Translations under genes and position numbers: made by a program
The notes under the pieces: generated by a model
Database searches by the model: none
Seen by the model: the letters and a program-made list of their open reading frames with translations, nothing else
Told to the model about the DNA's origin: nothing
DNA from: Bigelowiella natans CCMP2755
Taxonomy: Eukaryota; Protista; Cercozoa
Assembly: GCA_000320545.1 (NCBI GenBank)
Contig: ADNK01001892.1
Coordinates: 1 to 64,000, forward strand
DNA length: 64,000 nt
Direction: 5' to 3'
Shown here: one piece after another, positions 15,415 through 29,790 of the stretch
How the letters are laid out: every line of letters begins with the position of its first letter
Position numbering within the stretch: position 1 is the first letter of the stretch

Positions 15415-16693
15415 ATTATATTTGCTGTGGTAATAATTGATAATAGCCCACATTCTTGATTTTACCGGAAAGACTTTGCCAATTCCGTTATTTTCCTTAT
15501 TCGCTGATAAGGATTCTTGTTAGGAAATGTGATAGTGGTAAACCAAGCACATATAATATTAATAATGTGTATATGCATACTGTAATCATGATTATTGATT
15601 ATAATCAACACCATCTCATTATTAACGTTGTCCCGATACCACCTACTACTACTACTACTACCACCACCACAACCAGAAAGAATATGCAGATGTATGATCG
15701 TTGTATACACATCCCACAGTAAGAAGAAGAAGCAGAAGTAGCAATAGTAACTTATTCTAGTAAGCTGTACTGCTGCTACCATGTTTTGAACTAACTGCTG
15801 CAAATGATGATGAATGATGATGAGTGAGAATCATGCACCAAGTACTACCTTTACTTGGTCTACTTCGTTTTCCCCCTTGGTTTTCTCCTCCTCCTCTCCT
15901 TCCATGGAGGTAGTAGTAGTACTACAATCAAGGTATTTCTTATGCTGCTCCTTATCATCGTCATTGTGGCCACTTGGAGGAGTGCTACCAATGACGACGG
16001 CTGCTGGTTCTTTACCAGCAGAGTGGTAGAGATTATGATTGATATCTTGAGTAATGATGGAAGGGCTACTGCTGGTACCAAACATGGTAAATCATACCGA
16101 CGAATAAAAGAATGAGGAGGAGGTGTCAATACTGATCAGCTATCAGTTTTTACCGAATATCAATGCTTTATAAATTAAAAAAAGTATCATCGTGAGATGA
16201 TGACGATGATGATGACAATCAAGGAGAAAATGCTTCTGCTGCTGCTCCTGCTGCTGCTGATGATGATGGCGAGGTGACAATACTATGAACATACTCAACT
16301 AAATCTATTACCACTAGTTACACAATCATTAACAAACACCCCAACATTATCACTTACTATAATCTCGCGCACTAGTACTAGTAGTATTGACCCAATCATC
16401 ATCACCTGCTGCTACTACTTTCATCTTCAACAGTCAATAGCGAAGGACCTTCCTCTATAGAAACAGAAAGATCATTGTAATATTCCTCCTCCTGCTAATT
16501 ATCAATTTGGAGTGGAGAAAAGGAGAAAGAAGACAGAGAAAAAGATAGCACACATTAGGATAAATGGCCTTGTTACGCACTACGTATTAAGGTTAATAAG
16601 TACACGCAACAACACGTAACGTGTACGTACTAGAAGGTGGTAGTAAGCAGCTGATAGATAGTAGATTCATCATATTTGCGTATTGGTAGTATT

Positions 16694-16728
<35 letters not shown>

Positions 16729-17457
16729 TTTAGTAGTAGCAGTAGTAGCAGTAGTAGTAGTGGTAGTAGTAGGAGGAATTATTGGGTGGGTGCTAGAAAA
16801 TGGTAGTAATAGTAGTAGTAGTAGTAGTAGTAGTAGTAGCCAAGATGTACTTGTCGATTATGATACCAATAGGAGAAGAAGAAGGAGGGCTCATATTAAT
16901 TGTTTATGATGTCATCATGTCCAGTGGTAATAATATGTTTGATAGATGTGTGGTCATCTTGTTCTTGTTCTTCCGTGTGATGATGTTGATCATCACGAAT
17001 ATAGTAGTACGTACAAAGTAAGTATAGTAAATAAGTACAACCTCTTGTTGTTGTTGTTCTTCTTCTTCTCTAGAAGATGATGAGATAGTCATCAATCTCG
17101 TAGCACCATCCGATGAGTAAAATAACAACACCGTTCCCACAGAATTGCTCGTGATCGAAGAAGAAGAGGAGGGGGAGAAGGAAGTTGCAGAAGGAGGAAG
17201 ATCCACAGCCTCAGTGGAAGAAGAAGAAGAAGAAGATGAGGCCTTCTTTTTAACCGTTGAAGTAGCAGAATACTTGAAATCTGGGTTATTGTTACATACA
17301 TACATGCATACAATTGTGAGTAACCAGTGAGTAAGTACCACAAATAATAATGCACACATCATAACCAAATATTATCACCAGGGACAATAATAACAATACC
17401 AACCGTGACTTCAAAGTAATGCTTTCTATGTTTTACTACATAAAGTGTATATATAAA

Positions 17458-17497
<40 letters not shown>

Positions 17498-18105
17498 CAG
17501 TAAGTAATACACACATGAATATTTACCGGATTTTTCACTCTTGTGTAGTTTAAGCTGCAGCAGCAGCATATGAATGAGTAGTAGTAGTAGTAGTAGAAGT
17601 AGTAGTAGTAGTAGCACAATTACTATTATGTGACGCATTATGTATTACCTTCTCTTTCTCCTCCAGCTGCTGCTGCTGCTGGTGGTAGTGGCTCGTGTAA
17701 GAATTCAGCCCCTTGCCAACGTATTCCTATGTTATCACCCTCGCTCTAACCACAATCATCATCACCATCATCATTATCATCATCAGCGTTGACAATGTTA
17801 TTTTGATTAAAATTACTGCCAACACCAACAAACACTACGCAAATCAAATATTAGTAATAGTAGCAGTAGTGCCAACACCAACAAACACTACGCAAATCAA
17901 ATATTAGTTATAGTAGCAGTAGTAGCAGTTGTAGCAGCAACATCATCACCACCCACATACCTCTCTTATTTGCCTTTCTTCATTGCTTTCCAAGGATATA
18001 TTTTGCAGCAATACACAGGCGTTTCTATTTGTATAATGGAATACAAAGGGAAGGAGGAGGGAAGGAGGGAGGGAGAGCTCCTTATTCTTTCTTCCAAACA
18101 TATAT

Positions 18106-18139
<34 letters not shown>

Positions 18140-19503
18140 AATGGCAGTGTAGTGCTACTACTATATAACTATCTATCTATTAATTAAAAGGAGAAAGGTA
18201 GTGGCACTACTACTACTACTAGTACTACCACCACTACTACTACTATTTCACCTAGCTTTTAAGTAGTCTTTGGTTTGATTGTGTTCATGTCGCCGATGAT
18301 GATTATGTCTTTTTCGCATTGGACCACCTATTCACAGCAGCAGCAGCAGCAGCAGCAGAGAAGAAGCAGAAGAAGAAGCAGAAGAAGAAGAAGAAGAAGA
18401 AGAAGAAGAAGAAAAATAAGATTTCCAGGAAGGAATATAGCAGATAACATTCTCCTAAAGCAGCTCATATGGTGATATTCTTCCCCTTTTCGTCGTTTTA
18501 TAATCATTTTATACTGCTATGTATTGATAGTTAAAAGTATGTTTGGTTCACACACACACACACACACAAATAATATATCCTGCAAGTGCTGCTACTGCTG
18601 CTTGCTGATGGTGGTGGTGGTGGTGGTGCGCAACACTCACTTGCATAGTTGAGCAACTTCGATATATCAAACAGGGAAAAGAATCTGATGGCGGAGAGCC
18701 AAGGCACGTACACAAACGACAACATCAAAACACGCAACCACGCATAAGAGGAGGATGATAACATGGAAATTAATTATAGATGCAATGATGATGATTTACA
18801 ATGAATTCGTGATTCAGTAAGAATAGTAACTTACCCGCCTTCAAAGCGAATACCGAGATATTTACCAGATTTGGAAACAATCAATTCCCGTGGTACACCT
18901 TGGAAGTAGGAGGAAGTGCAGTGAAGAAGGAGGAGAGTAAATTGTTTCTTATATTAGTATTGAAAAGAAAGAAGAGATGCTTTCTCAAGTATAGCTTCTT
19001 ATGATCAGTTAAGGCAGCAGCTGCTTTGTCGGAGTTATAACTAGGTAATAACAAATGATGTTCTTCATTTTCTTTTTCTCCTTCTTCTTGTGTTCTCCCC
19101 CCCTCCTCATGTGTGAAGGGGGCCTATCTGTTGACGATGGTCTGGGCACCATTATTATGTGATCTAACCATTGTGCATGCATGCATGCATGATTGATCTA
19201 ATCTATCTATCTATCTATCTCTCTACCGGGTTGTTGCTGCTGGTTCTTCTTATTATTCTTGAGGCCATCAGCACTAGAAGCAGCCTCCTCCTCCTCCTCC
19301 TCCTTCTTTGGGATGCTGAGGTACTCTAAAGGCACCTCCAATTTAGGGTCCTGTTGGAAAGAGAAAGTAGTAGTAGGATATGTAAGATACAACAACAACA
19401 ACAACAACAACAATATATCAAGCACCAAGAGATCGAGAAAGGCGCGAAGGAGTAGATAGAGGAGGAGACGATGCGGAAGAATAACATGTGTGCGTGTGTG
19501 TGC

Positions 19504-19553
<50 letters not shown>

Positions 19554-20050
19554 GAAAATAGTATCATAAACGACAATACTAATGATGATGATGTAAACCA
19601 CGCTTCATTATTATACACCACATAACATCCATGCAAAGTAGCCAGCAACGATGATGCTGACGACGACGATAACATGGGCACATTAGAGATTAATAGGCCT
19701 TGACGATGGCGATTGTGGTGGTGGTGGGGGGGGGAGGGGAGGTGGATCAATAACTACCAGTGTAGATCCAGACATCAATTTAGAAGATAATAATTTGAAG
19801 TTGTTAGTAGAAGAACCAACGGTATCAGATTTAGAAATGGAAGAGGCAGCTCCTGCTGGTTTATCGGTATGAGTAGTAGTTGCTTTCGAAACAACTTCCT
19901 TTAAATCCCAAAAGCTGAGAATACCTAGTAGTAATAGTTGATCAAGTAATCAAAGTAATAATACCGGAAAAAACAACAATATGTATGAATAAGGAATACC
20001 TGTATAATATGTAAACAACTGGGCAAAGAGATGGGGTAGTGGACGTGTGA

Positions 20051-20082
<32 letters not shown>

Positions 20083-20173
20083 ATAATAATAATTTGTTAC
20101 CTGCCCTATCTATAGATATTATAACACTTGTGGTATCTCGCACGGAGGAGGATACTGCAATATCTACGACCTA

Positions 20174-20207
<34 letters not shown>

Positions 20208-21151
20208 ATGATGATGACTATGTTGTTGAAATTTGCAATGATAGCAGCAGCAGCATTCTCCATGTTAATGGTTGTGCTCATCAAATAACTACAAATTCTG
20301 AAACTCATGTGATTGAGTAGTATTTGAGGAGGGTAGAAAGAGGAGGAGGAAGTAGATGAAGTCGTCGTCGTTATCCGGTATGATGACAAAAGATAGATGA
20401 TAGCACTAAATAGTAGAAGAATGTAGATTATTTATTTATTATTTTTGACTAATACCGGTCCTTTCTGTGAAAGCACAGCAATCGTAGAAAGTGTGTGTAC
20501 GTCGACAATATGGATCTGAAAGCAGCCATGGTTATGATGATAGATCATGGTAATGATGAGTAGTATCTCGTCAACATTAATCAAATACAACAGAAAATGT
20601 CTTCAGCCTTGAAATAGTAAGATAAAAATGAGTAATCCGTTTTCTCCATCACAGAATTACGTACGTACGTACTGTAGTAGGATTGCTTAGGAATCATGTA
20701 TTGACAGTACCTAGCAGTTTTACTAACAATGGTGTGATCTATGAATATTATATCTTTATCATAAATATTACACATTTAAAATGAGGAAGCAAAAAGATAT
20801 ATAATTTAAGACATTATCATACCTCGTTGGATCCCCTGCTGACACATGAAATGAGGTCTCTCTCCCCTCCTTTCTTGTTCTTGTTCTTGTTTTGATTCTC
20901 TGCCTCCTTCTTCCATGCTGTTGGTAGCTCTAGGATCTTTGTTACTGCACGTCTAAGCACCCTACGTGAAAAATGACACCTTCCCCCACTTGAATCCCAC
21001 AACGTCAAACGACCGTCAACATCTCCAGATACGATCATTTCCAATTCATCCCATGTCCGTTTAAGTGATGCTAGGGCTGTCACTTCCACACAACCCTCAT
21101 GCACCATAGCCACCACCGGCTGCAAATACCTAACATATGATGGACAATTAG

Positions 21152-21185
<34 letters not shown>

Positions 21186-21519
21186 GTTATTCTTGTCCAT
21201 CGGTACTAACCGACTGGCCAAACTGATTTCTACAACACTCTAAATCACATTACTACACGTTTCTTAAGTCGTAAATCCTCTAGGTGTATGGCAACACATT
21301 TGACAAATACTCATAACTTTATATCATAATATTTTTCGTGGTGAGATATTGTTGACAACTTTTTTCCAATCCATTCTTCATGATGCCTGATAGGAGGGAG
21401 GGAGACAAAGAGAGAGAGAGAGAGAGAGAAAGAGAGGAAGAAGTATCGGCTAAGAGCACAATATTTTATTATTGGATTTATATGAGAGTGCAGAATAAAC
21501 CAAAGCAGTATGGTTAGAG

Positions 21520-21555
<36 letters not shown>

Positions 21556-22090
21556 TATCGATTTGAGCCGATCATCATTAATCAAAGCACCTCGTCGGAG
21601 GCTTTTCATGCACAATTTTCCACAAGCATAGTTCCCCACTTTTAGAACCCGTCACCACGTATCTAGGTGTTGGAGGAGTTGTGGTGGTGCACAAAAATAT
21701 ACGGACATTTATGCAAATCGCTCAAATTATGATACAAAAATATATTTGTAATTATATCGAATCTACAAATTTGAATGAAATAGGAGAAAGAGACGGCTAA
21801 TGACTATGATATTCAGTGAATATAAGAGCTAGCTATGAAGTCCAGCACATGCACACCGTCTCTGTCTACTATAAATATATGGCACGGAGTTAGACAGTAA
21901 AACTCCAGCTCGCTTACATGACCGCATATCAGAGCGAGAGCAGAAGGGGTGGGGAAGAAAGGAAAAGAAGGGAGAATCGCTGCTAAAGAATGTTTGAGTT
22001 GAGATACTTTAATCCTGCCGTCACTGCGGTAATATCATGCTTTGGGGGACCATCCCAAAATACTAGCGGGAACAGAAGAGATTGGTTCAT
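919..22090 (-). CDS. WDR7: WD40-repeat protein, WDR7/rabconnectin-3beta-like (multi-exon, with large low-complexity insertions)
   Basis: GT-AG exons spliced by eye. N-terminus MNQSLLFPLVFWDGPPKHDITAV (ATG 22090; compare WDR7 SLVLPIVLWG..PTHCISAV). Further exons: YVVTGSKSGELCLWKI (~21.6k), MIVSGDVDGRLTLWDSSGGRC (~21.0k), LLVSGGLDGCVCVWDL (~9.95k), SGTVYIWSLTTGHLDR (~9.35k), WELCPTLTAIHSLSL (~6.8k), LVQNYPSVTFHQKSQRFA (~2.2k), IVIYDLRTATKWRILSGHK (~1.75k), ITAVSFNPSATYLAS, YSPDEACLKFWETGSQGF, and RIVWISPKM/IKLRREDGKVSEHHAS* (TGA 919-921). Middle exons not fully resolved. Confidence 0.85.
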
Positions 22091-22531
22091 TGGCAGGCAC
22101 GGGAAGGAGGTTGGGCTTTCGAGCCTTTAAGTAAGTCCCCAGTGTCCTCGTTTGTCTAAAAATGTATAGTACTTATTGAATATGATCACTAAATGTCGTA
22201 GATTCCACCACTATCATTGACTTGCGTACCAGAGTCGCCGTTCGTAGACACACCCACACACGTGAGCTAATTAGTGCGGGAAGGAGGAGGGGAGCAGTGT
22301 TTATTCGTCGATCGACCGCAGAACCCAACCTACTACCACTGCTTGATGACTGACTGACTTGATGATGATTGATTGATGAATGATGATGACCCAGGCAATT
22401 ACCAACCAGTGCTGCCTTTTTTTTCATGTCGCTTCGCATAAAATGGCAGGTGTTTGATGATGATGAGCTGGGTAATCTTACAACTGGAGGCTCATGTGAG
22501 TGTCGCTCCCCTCAAAATGTCAAGTGTAATT

Positions 22532-24037
22532 ACATCGAGACAAGGTGCATCAGCATGGAAAGTCTCCACGCAGCTAGAATGCCAATTTTTCAAATCCAGT
22601 CAGTCCTCACTGAAGCTGGTTCGAGGCAGTGCGTTTCGTGCTTTGCAAATGTCATGCAACATTTTGGAAGTGCAGTCCTTCATCACGTTTGTTTGTTTGA
22701 TCGCATTTTCTTTGGTTGCACGTTTTGGAAGTGTGGTCCACCTTCAAGTCACTTTCTTTTTTTGTTTCTTTGCTCTTGTCAGGGGAGGATGTGCACGCGT
22801 CAGCACGTCTGATGCGATGAGCCCTGCTTCGCGTTCATTCAAGGTCATCCGTCGAAGTGCCGTGGCCGACGGACGCGAAAGAAACCCTCAAGTTTTCTTG
22901 GTGTTTCAGTTGATTGAGGAGGACACGGGTGAGTCAGCGTGCTGCCTTCTCGTTGAGATTCGAGTTGCAGGCACGTTGCACGTCGCTCCGCTGCACCACT
23001 CCAGCACTGCAGCCAAATCAAAGCCAAGTTCAATGCTTCTGCGTGCAGCCTTGTGCTCCTTTCGACCGCGTCATTGGAATCACTGCTTGCTTTCTTTCTT
23101 TCTTTCATTCCAGCATGAACGTTGTGTGAGCAGCGCGTGTTGCATGATTCGTGTTTGCTCCTGAATGTTGAAAGTGATTTTGACTCATTGTTGCCACGTG
23201 TCCTGCAGAAAACACGACCATGCACAAACCTCTGGAAAAATGCTGTGGCTCGGTGCGTTTCGGCACGCCTTGTGGCTTGCCAGCTGCAAGTGCCAGTCTG
23301 GCGGCAGCAGTGTTGTGCGTGCTGGCACACGCTGGCACGCCTGGACACAGCAGTTCATTGTGTGCATCGCATGCAGTCATCTCGACTTTCAGTTTTCGCA
23401 TCGCGTGCAAAAAAATCTTGCGTGCGCATGCACATGGGCTTGTGTGTGCATTTGGACGTGATCAACTTTGATGCCAGTTGTCGCACCTTCGGTTTGTGCA
23501 TTCATCGCTTGCGTGGGAGTTGGCATGCTGTCAATGTCCTTGTTGATTGTCTGAACTTGCTCAGCCTGCATGGCAGCAGGCGCGGTGCGATGATGCGACG
23601 CGGCATTGAAACCATTCGCATGCAGAACGGCCGCAGCCGGCTGTTGTCCTTGAACTCTTCGTCAAGGCAAGCTGCGTGCTTCGGAATGGGTGACGCTGAT
23701 CGGTCAGCGTGCCGCGGTGGTGGATCTGAGGTGTCAGAGGTCATCAATTCTTGTGAAGCATGCATGCGCATGCAAGTGCAGGCTAGCAAACTGTCACTAT
23801 CAGGCCAACAGGGCACCGCGCATTCCCCATGCGCGCAACGACTCTTGCGCTAAAAAATGGCCGAACAAGCTAGGGCAGGGCACGGTGAAATTTGCATGCA
23901 CGGTTGCTTGAATGATGATGAGACGTCTAGATCGTCTCAATGAGCGCTCTCTGGAATTTGAGCCCGTTTTGGCTGACATTTGCAGCAACCACAGAACCAC
24001 CACAAAGTAGCAGAAACTAGCAGCAAACCAGCAATGA
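22532..24037. other. TpA-depleted island 2 (intergenic, degenerate repeat/TE-like)
   Basis: No TA seen from 22577 to 23783. All TA in 22532-24037 are in CTA and/or TAG. Overlapping Tyr-free ORFs on both strands, ending mostly at TGA. No long microsatellites. Confidence 0.92.
23479..23733 (+). repeat. Dispersed repeat copy A (inverted copy at 34927-35182)
   Basis: Manual alignment with the reverse complement of 34927-35182: about 255 bp, 4 A/G transitions and one 1-nt indel. Confidence 0.95.
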
Positions 24038-24395
24038 TTAACGATGTCTTAGATGCAGTAACTCTTTGCAATTATGATGAAGACAAGTAACCATCGACAC
24101 ATCATCAACAGAGTGGACATTGCACTTTGGAAATGTTCCCATCCAACCTGTAAGCCGATGTTGCATGAAGGTGGTAAAATATGTAGAAATTTCCAAACAT
24201 ACATATCTTCTGAGTTTCAGAATAAAGAAGAAAGCACAGAGCAGCCTACATAACTAAATCTAATGAGTATGGGATGTAATTTGACTTCTCTTAAAGCTGC
24301 TGTTTACTCCTGTTCATTTGCTTCTGTAGTGCTTACCTTTGTCTTTCCTTTCAGACAGCTAGGTATTCACTTATCTATCTATTCGCTATTTGTCA

Positions 24396-25116
24396 TTATG
24401 CCTTTGTGTCTTCTTGAGATGTTGCTTTGCCTGCAGCAGCTTGATCATCCTTTTTTGACGGAGCCTTAAGAACTAGTCGAACCATGTTAATGCATCCTAA
24501 GAAAAACATTGATAATTATGGATAATAAAAATCGTGGTGCAACAAATACGACTTGCAAGAACTTATGTCTCTATTTCTTCTAAAAAATCTCTAGTCGTCT
24601 ATGTGATGATACGTATTAAAACTTAAATCCTGCTGCTGCTTACAAATAGTTAGTTGTCTTAGCATGTATGACCCATAACCGCTTCTCCCACAGAACGGCC
24701 ATAGACCATAAACATTGCCTGTTTGTACATAGAAAGAAAGAGAAGCAACAACGAGGAGAAGGAAGGGGAGAAGATTAATAAGAGGATCCTTAGGGTTAGG
24801 AGAGTGGTAGTATTACTACCCTACTAATACTAATAGTAGTAAATACGGCAGTGTGTTATTTTCTCATCGAGGAAGAAGGATAATAACTCATAGTGTACGA
24901 CGTGTGATCGCATGCTGTGTACAACGACAACATAAAAATCCTATTAGAGGAAAGAATACCAGTAGCTTTTTAATCAGAATATAAAGCAAAAGTATAAGTG
25001 TTTGTTGTATCTTGCTGATATGTACAAGCAAGATGCCGATATTAGTAAGAATACTCAGCGGTCCTCGGTACTACCTGCTGTACAATGTTCTTGGCACTCG
25101 ACGATACCTAGTACCA

Positions 25117-25147
<31 letters not shown>

Positions 25148-25663
25148 CATCATTATGTGAGAATGAAGTTGAGAGTAGGAAACAACCAACCTTCAAATCG
25201 GCGCTATAATCATTGAATAATAATAATCATAAATAGCCATGATGAAGATGATGATCATCATCGTAATAACACCAATTCAATCGTGGAGGAGGTGGCGGTT
25301 CTTAGTATCTATTTTATACTATATTATTCTTTTATTCATGATCACAATTAGAATAGTAGTAGTTATTGTTACAGGGTATTGCAGCCAATCTGGAGCTGCT
25401 GCACGAATTCCCAAACGGTCCTAGCAGCATTTTAAAGTAAAAGAAGAGTGGTTGAATTTATTGTCGATGTTGTCGATAATGATAACGATGATGATGATGA
25501 TGATGATGATGATGACGATGATGATGATGACAGTAGTGATGACTCATTATTATATAAATAATTCAATAACCGTCGTTATAGCTTTCCGGTAAGAGAATCC
25601 TCTTAGTCCCTCTTTTCCTTTAGTTAGTAGTTTTTTTTAGAAGAAGAAGGCGACGATTTCAAC

Positions 25664-25700
<37 letters not shown>

Positions 25701-26484
25701 GGGAAGTAATTGCGACAGCAAATACCAAAAACGAAGGTCATTATCATCATGATCTTCATCATTGTTGTCAATGAACTAACCGTTGAAAGCTCCGAAACCA
25801 CTTGCTCGTACACCTCCTACAAATGAAAATAATGCATATCCATTTTATTATCATCATAATATTTCCTAATTACAAATCAAACAGCAGCACATCATGATTT
25901 AATTAATTTCAACTGACATCTTACTAATTAGTACAAATCAGCACCATACTACTACAACTACTACTACCAAATGGTAAAGATTGGATCAGCGGCACAATGG
26001 CAAAGTCATTAATGTTAGCCATTCCAGTCACAATGCGTTTTGAGATACGCTCTGCTTTAGAATAGTCTTTTGAGAAGATAGAAGATCTAACAAGGAGGGC
26101 CATAGAGGAAAAGAAGGAGATAGTTAGAAAGAAGAAGTAAAAAGGCAAGATATCATTCAGAAAAGAGAAATTAAAGAGCTGTGATCTGTGTTGATTGAGA
26201 GAGGAGCCGTGTGCATTACATATCAGCAGCTTTGGAATGACTGACCATAATGTAGAATACGCATTTAATGCGAAACATTTCCATTATGTTGTAGTTGTTA
26301 TCGGGGTTTGTTAAACAATCATGACTACAAACAGACAACAATTATTACTATTATTAATTGGTACGTGTATTATTACTATTATTATTATTATTATTATATA
26401 CGCAGCAGTTAGTTGTTTAAGATGACCCTAAACCATATGGAGTAGAATTGCATAATTTCTCCAATTCGTCTTCGCTCTTCCATC

Positions 26485-26559
<75 letters not shown>

Positions 26560-27273
26560 CAAAATGTTACTACGATTTCAAGCAGAAAAAGTGGTAAAAT
26601 ACAGACATAGACGATTAAGCTACATATTCATCTCGAAAGGAAGAGTGAGCCTACAACTATGGTACCGTTATCGTCAAATTCTCTTTATTTTCTTCATTAT
26701 TGTTTATGTAGTAATAATTATAATACGTAAATGAAGGTAGTAAAAGTTGTACAGCTGATGAACGATAACAATTATATTTCTATGCGGTTCTATATGATAT
26801 AACTGGTAGCGCCACCTTATAACCGTCATTACAGGGCCAAATGTTTCCTATTATGAGAAAAATAACAAAAGAAGACGAAGAAAACGTTAAGATGATGCCA
26901 ACATTACTAAATAATATTCTCCATCAAAATTCTAGTGTGGTATTCATTCATAATCATTTATATTCATTCATTCAATTGTTACTTCTGTAGCGATTTCCAT
27001 TTTCAAGTCCACGTCGGCCAGCACAGTTGGTTCAAAATACGTGGGATGTTTTCCCTATTGTTAGTGGCGCAGTTGTAGTAAGCACAGAAGCAGCAGCAGC
27101 AGCAGCAGCAGTTGTAGTAGTAGTAGTAGTAGTAGTAGTAGGTTTAAAACTACGTGGGATGATGATGATGATAATGTTAGTAATAACAGTAGACGATCGG
27201 TACACCAAGATGGCACTGCTACTACTACAACTACTACTACTACTGCTACTACTACAATTAGTACTACTACTAC

Positions 27274-27304
<31 letters not shown>

Positions 27305-27624
27305 AACTACTACTATACTACTACCTCAGTTCCCTTACGTTTCCCTCCATAGAGTACACGTGCACCCTATTCATTCATTCATTCATTCTCTTTTAACAAT
27401 AAGAACAAGAACTAGAGTAATAATAAGTACTATGAAGGAGCCTTTGTTCTTATGGCAACTATGATACTCAATCTAATTATTACGTATTATACTCATTTAT
27501 AAGCTTATGATTCCTATATACTACTACTGCTGCTGCTACTACTACCTTTGAAGTTGCATCGGCTATCAATTTTTCCACATGTTTTGCCTGTGAGGAGGGG
27601 GAGGAGGAACGATGGTGAATAACA

Positions 27625-27657
<33 letters not shown>

Positions 27658-28767
27658 CTCCATAATAAAAATCGTGATGATAATGATGATTATAATGATG
27701 AGATTAACATTCATCACACTAACTACATTGTTAAGTGTGTTGTTATCATTATCATCATCATCATCATCATCACCATCAACAACAACAACAAAAAGAGCAT
27801 CGACTGACCTGGCTGGGCATTGTCATTGCTCCAAAATCGCATCTGAAATGTTGTGATTAAAGGATCAAATCTAAAGCAAAAGAAGATAATTTTGTATTTC
27901 TAGTGCATAAGTTATATTTTTCTCACGATATTTCATATGTTATGATGATGATACTGATATTGATGGTGACAAATTGCGTTTAAATCGTCTCTTCCACAAT
28001 CATTGAAAGCCTTATAATTATGATGCAAAAGTGATCCTTTATTCCGAACAACACCTCCACCAACAACAACTACAACAACACCATTATTAATACTACCTCA
28101 ATCCTTTGCATGATGCACCTTGACGAGTTTTCTTAAGTTTTATCAGAATTTTCTTCAGGAATTCATCGTAAATACCATCTTGCACGAGGAATCGCTCAGC
28201 AGATATGCAGTTTTGGCCACAATTTATGAAAGCTCCTCGAATGGCAATATCCTAATTATAATAGTAATAATTAATAATAATAATAATAATAATGATGGTT
28301 ATAAGTGTTTGTTGTTTGATAAGCAGGACAAAGGATATTATCTGATCATCCCCATATATGATGCATGTAGTAGTAGTGGTGGTGTCTTCGTCGTCATCGT
28401 CATCATCATCATCATCATCATCATGATCATCACACGTACGATGGCGTGGTCCAAATCTGCGTCATCACAGACTACAAAAGCATCCTTTCCTCCCAATTCG
28501 AGTATCACTGGGGTCAGAGTTGAAGAGGCGCCCTACGTACAGAACAACAACAACAACAACATCGTATACGTATAATAATAAAAATAATAATAATATAATA
28601 ATAATAATATATTTTGCAGCGTTGATTATGATTGGGAGGATGAGGCTCCTCCTCCTCATCCTCCTCCTCATCCTCATCCTTATCCTCTTACTACTACTGC
28701 TACTACTACTACTACTACTACCTTCATAACGAGCTTTCCAACTCCAGGAGATCCAATAAACAATACC

Positions 28768-28810
<43 letters not shown>

Positions 28811-28897
28811 CCATCATCGATGGATGATGTCTGTTAAATACTACCACTCACTGCTACTTATACTGTCAAGGATGACGATGATGCGTATGACTACTAT

Positions 28898-28929
<32 letters not shown>

Positions 28930-29730
28930 GTACCTTCTCAACCCCAGATTGCACAAGCGCTGCTCCTGTCTCCCCGTATCCTGATAGATAGAAAAAAACA
29001 ACCAACATTATAAGGTAATATTTATGAGTTATAATAATAATAATAATGATAATAGAATATTCAAGATGAAAGGATTGACGACAATTATAATCTGTTTAAT
29101 CTAATACTATTGTCGTTGTATCTCTGCATCATCGGTGTTATCACCCCATTTCACTAAAATGTGATATAGGATTCATACACACACACACACATGCAGCAGC
29201 AGAAGAAGCATTGCCATTCATTGGCAAGCAAAAAATGCAAACTAGAAACTATTACCAACCACCCTTTCCCCCTTAATTTTGTGAGTACTAGTATTCAACA
29301 AACTGCTGCTGCTGCTGCTGCTATTACTCACAATATCGCACGACAACCTCCTACCTGTAATGATTTGAACGAGATCAGGGTTATATCCACGTTTCCCGAT
29401 GATTTCCCTCAAAACATCCTACCACCAACCATCAATGATCATTGTTTTTTCAATTACTATCCATCAATCTCTATTAAATCATCAATCTGTCTATTTTAAT
29501 ATACTCTCCTCCTCCACCTCTTCTCTAAACAATAATTTCATGCATTCAAACAACACTCAACAAGCACACACATATATAACATGTTATACTGCATTTCTAT
29601 ACTCTTCTTCTTCCACGATAATGGCATTCATGTTGCTGCTGCTGCTGCTAGTATATAAGATGTATATATACATTACTACATTGCACCTCAATCCACTTCG
29701 CACTTGATGATGCCCATTCAGATACCTATC

Positions 29731-29790
<60 letters not shown>

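Noticed and set aside
22426-24003. Many overlapping long ORFs in both strands (also 294-845, 33946-35966, 59179-60296)
   Set aside because: They are Tyr-poor, Cys/His/Ala/Arg-rich and have no recognisable domain. They exist because loss of TA removes TAA and TAG stops.
24789-24800. Interstitial telomere-like TTAGGGTTAGG
   Set aside because: Under two units; expected by chance.
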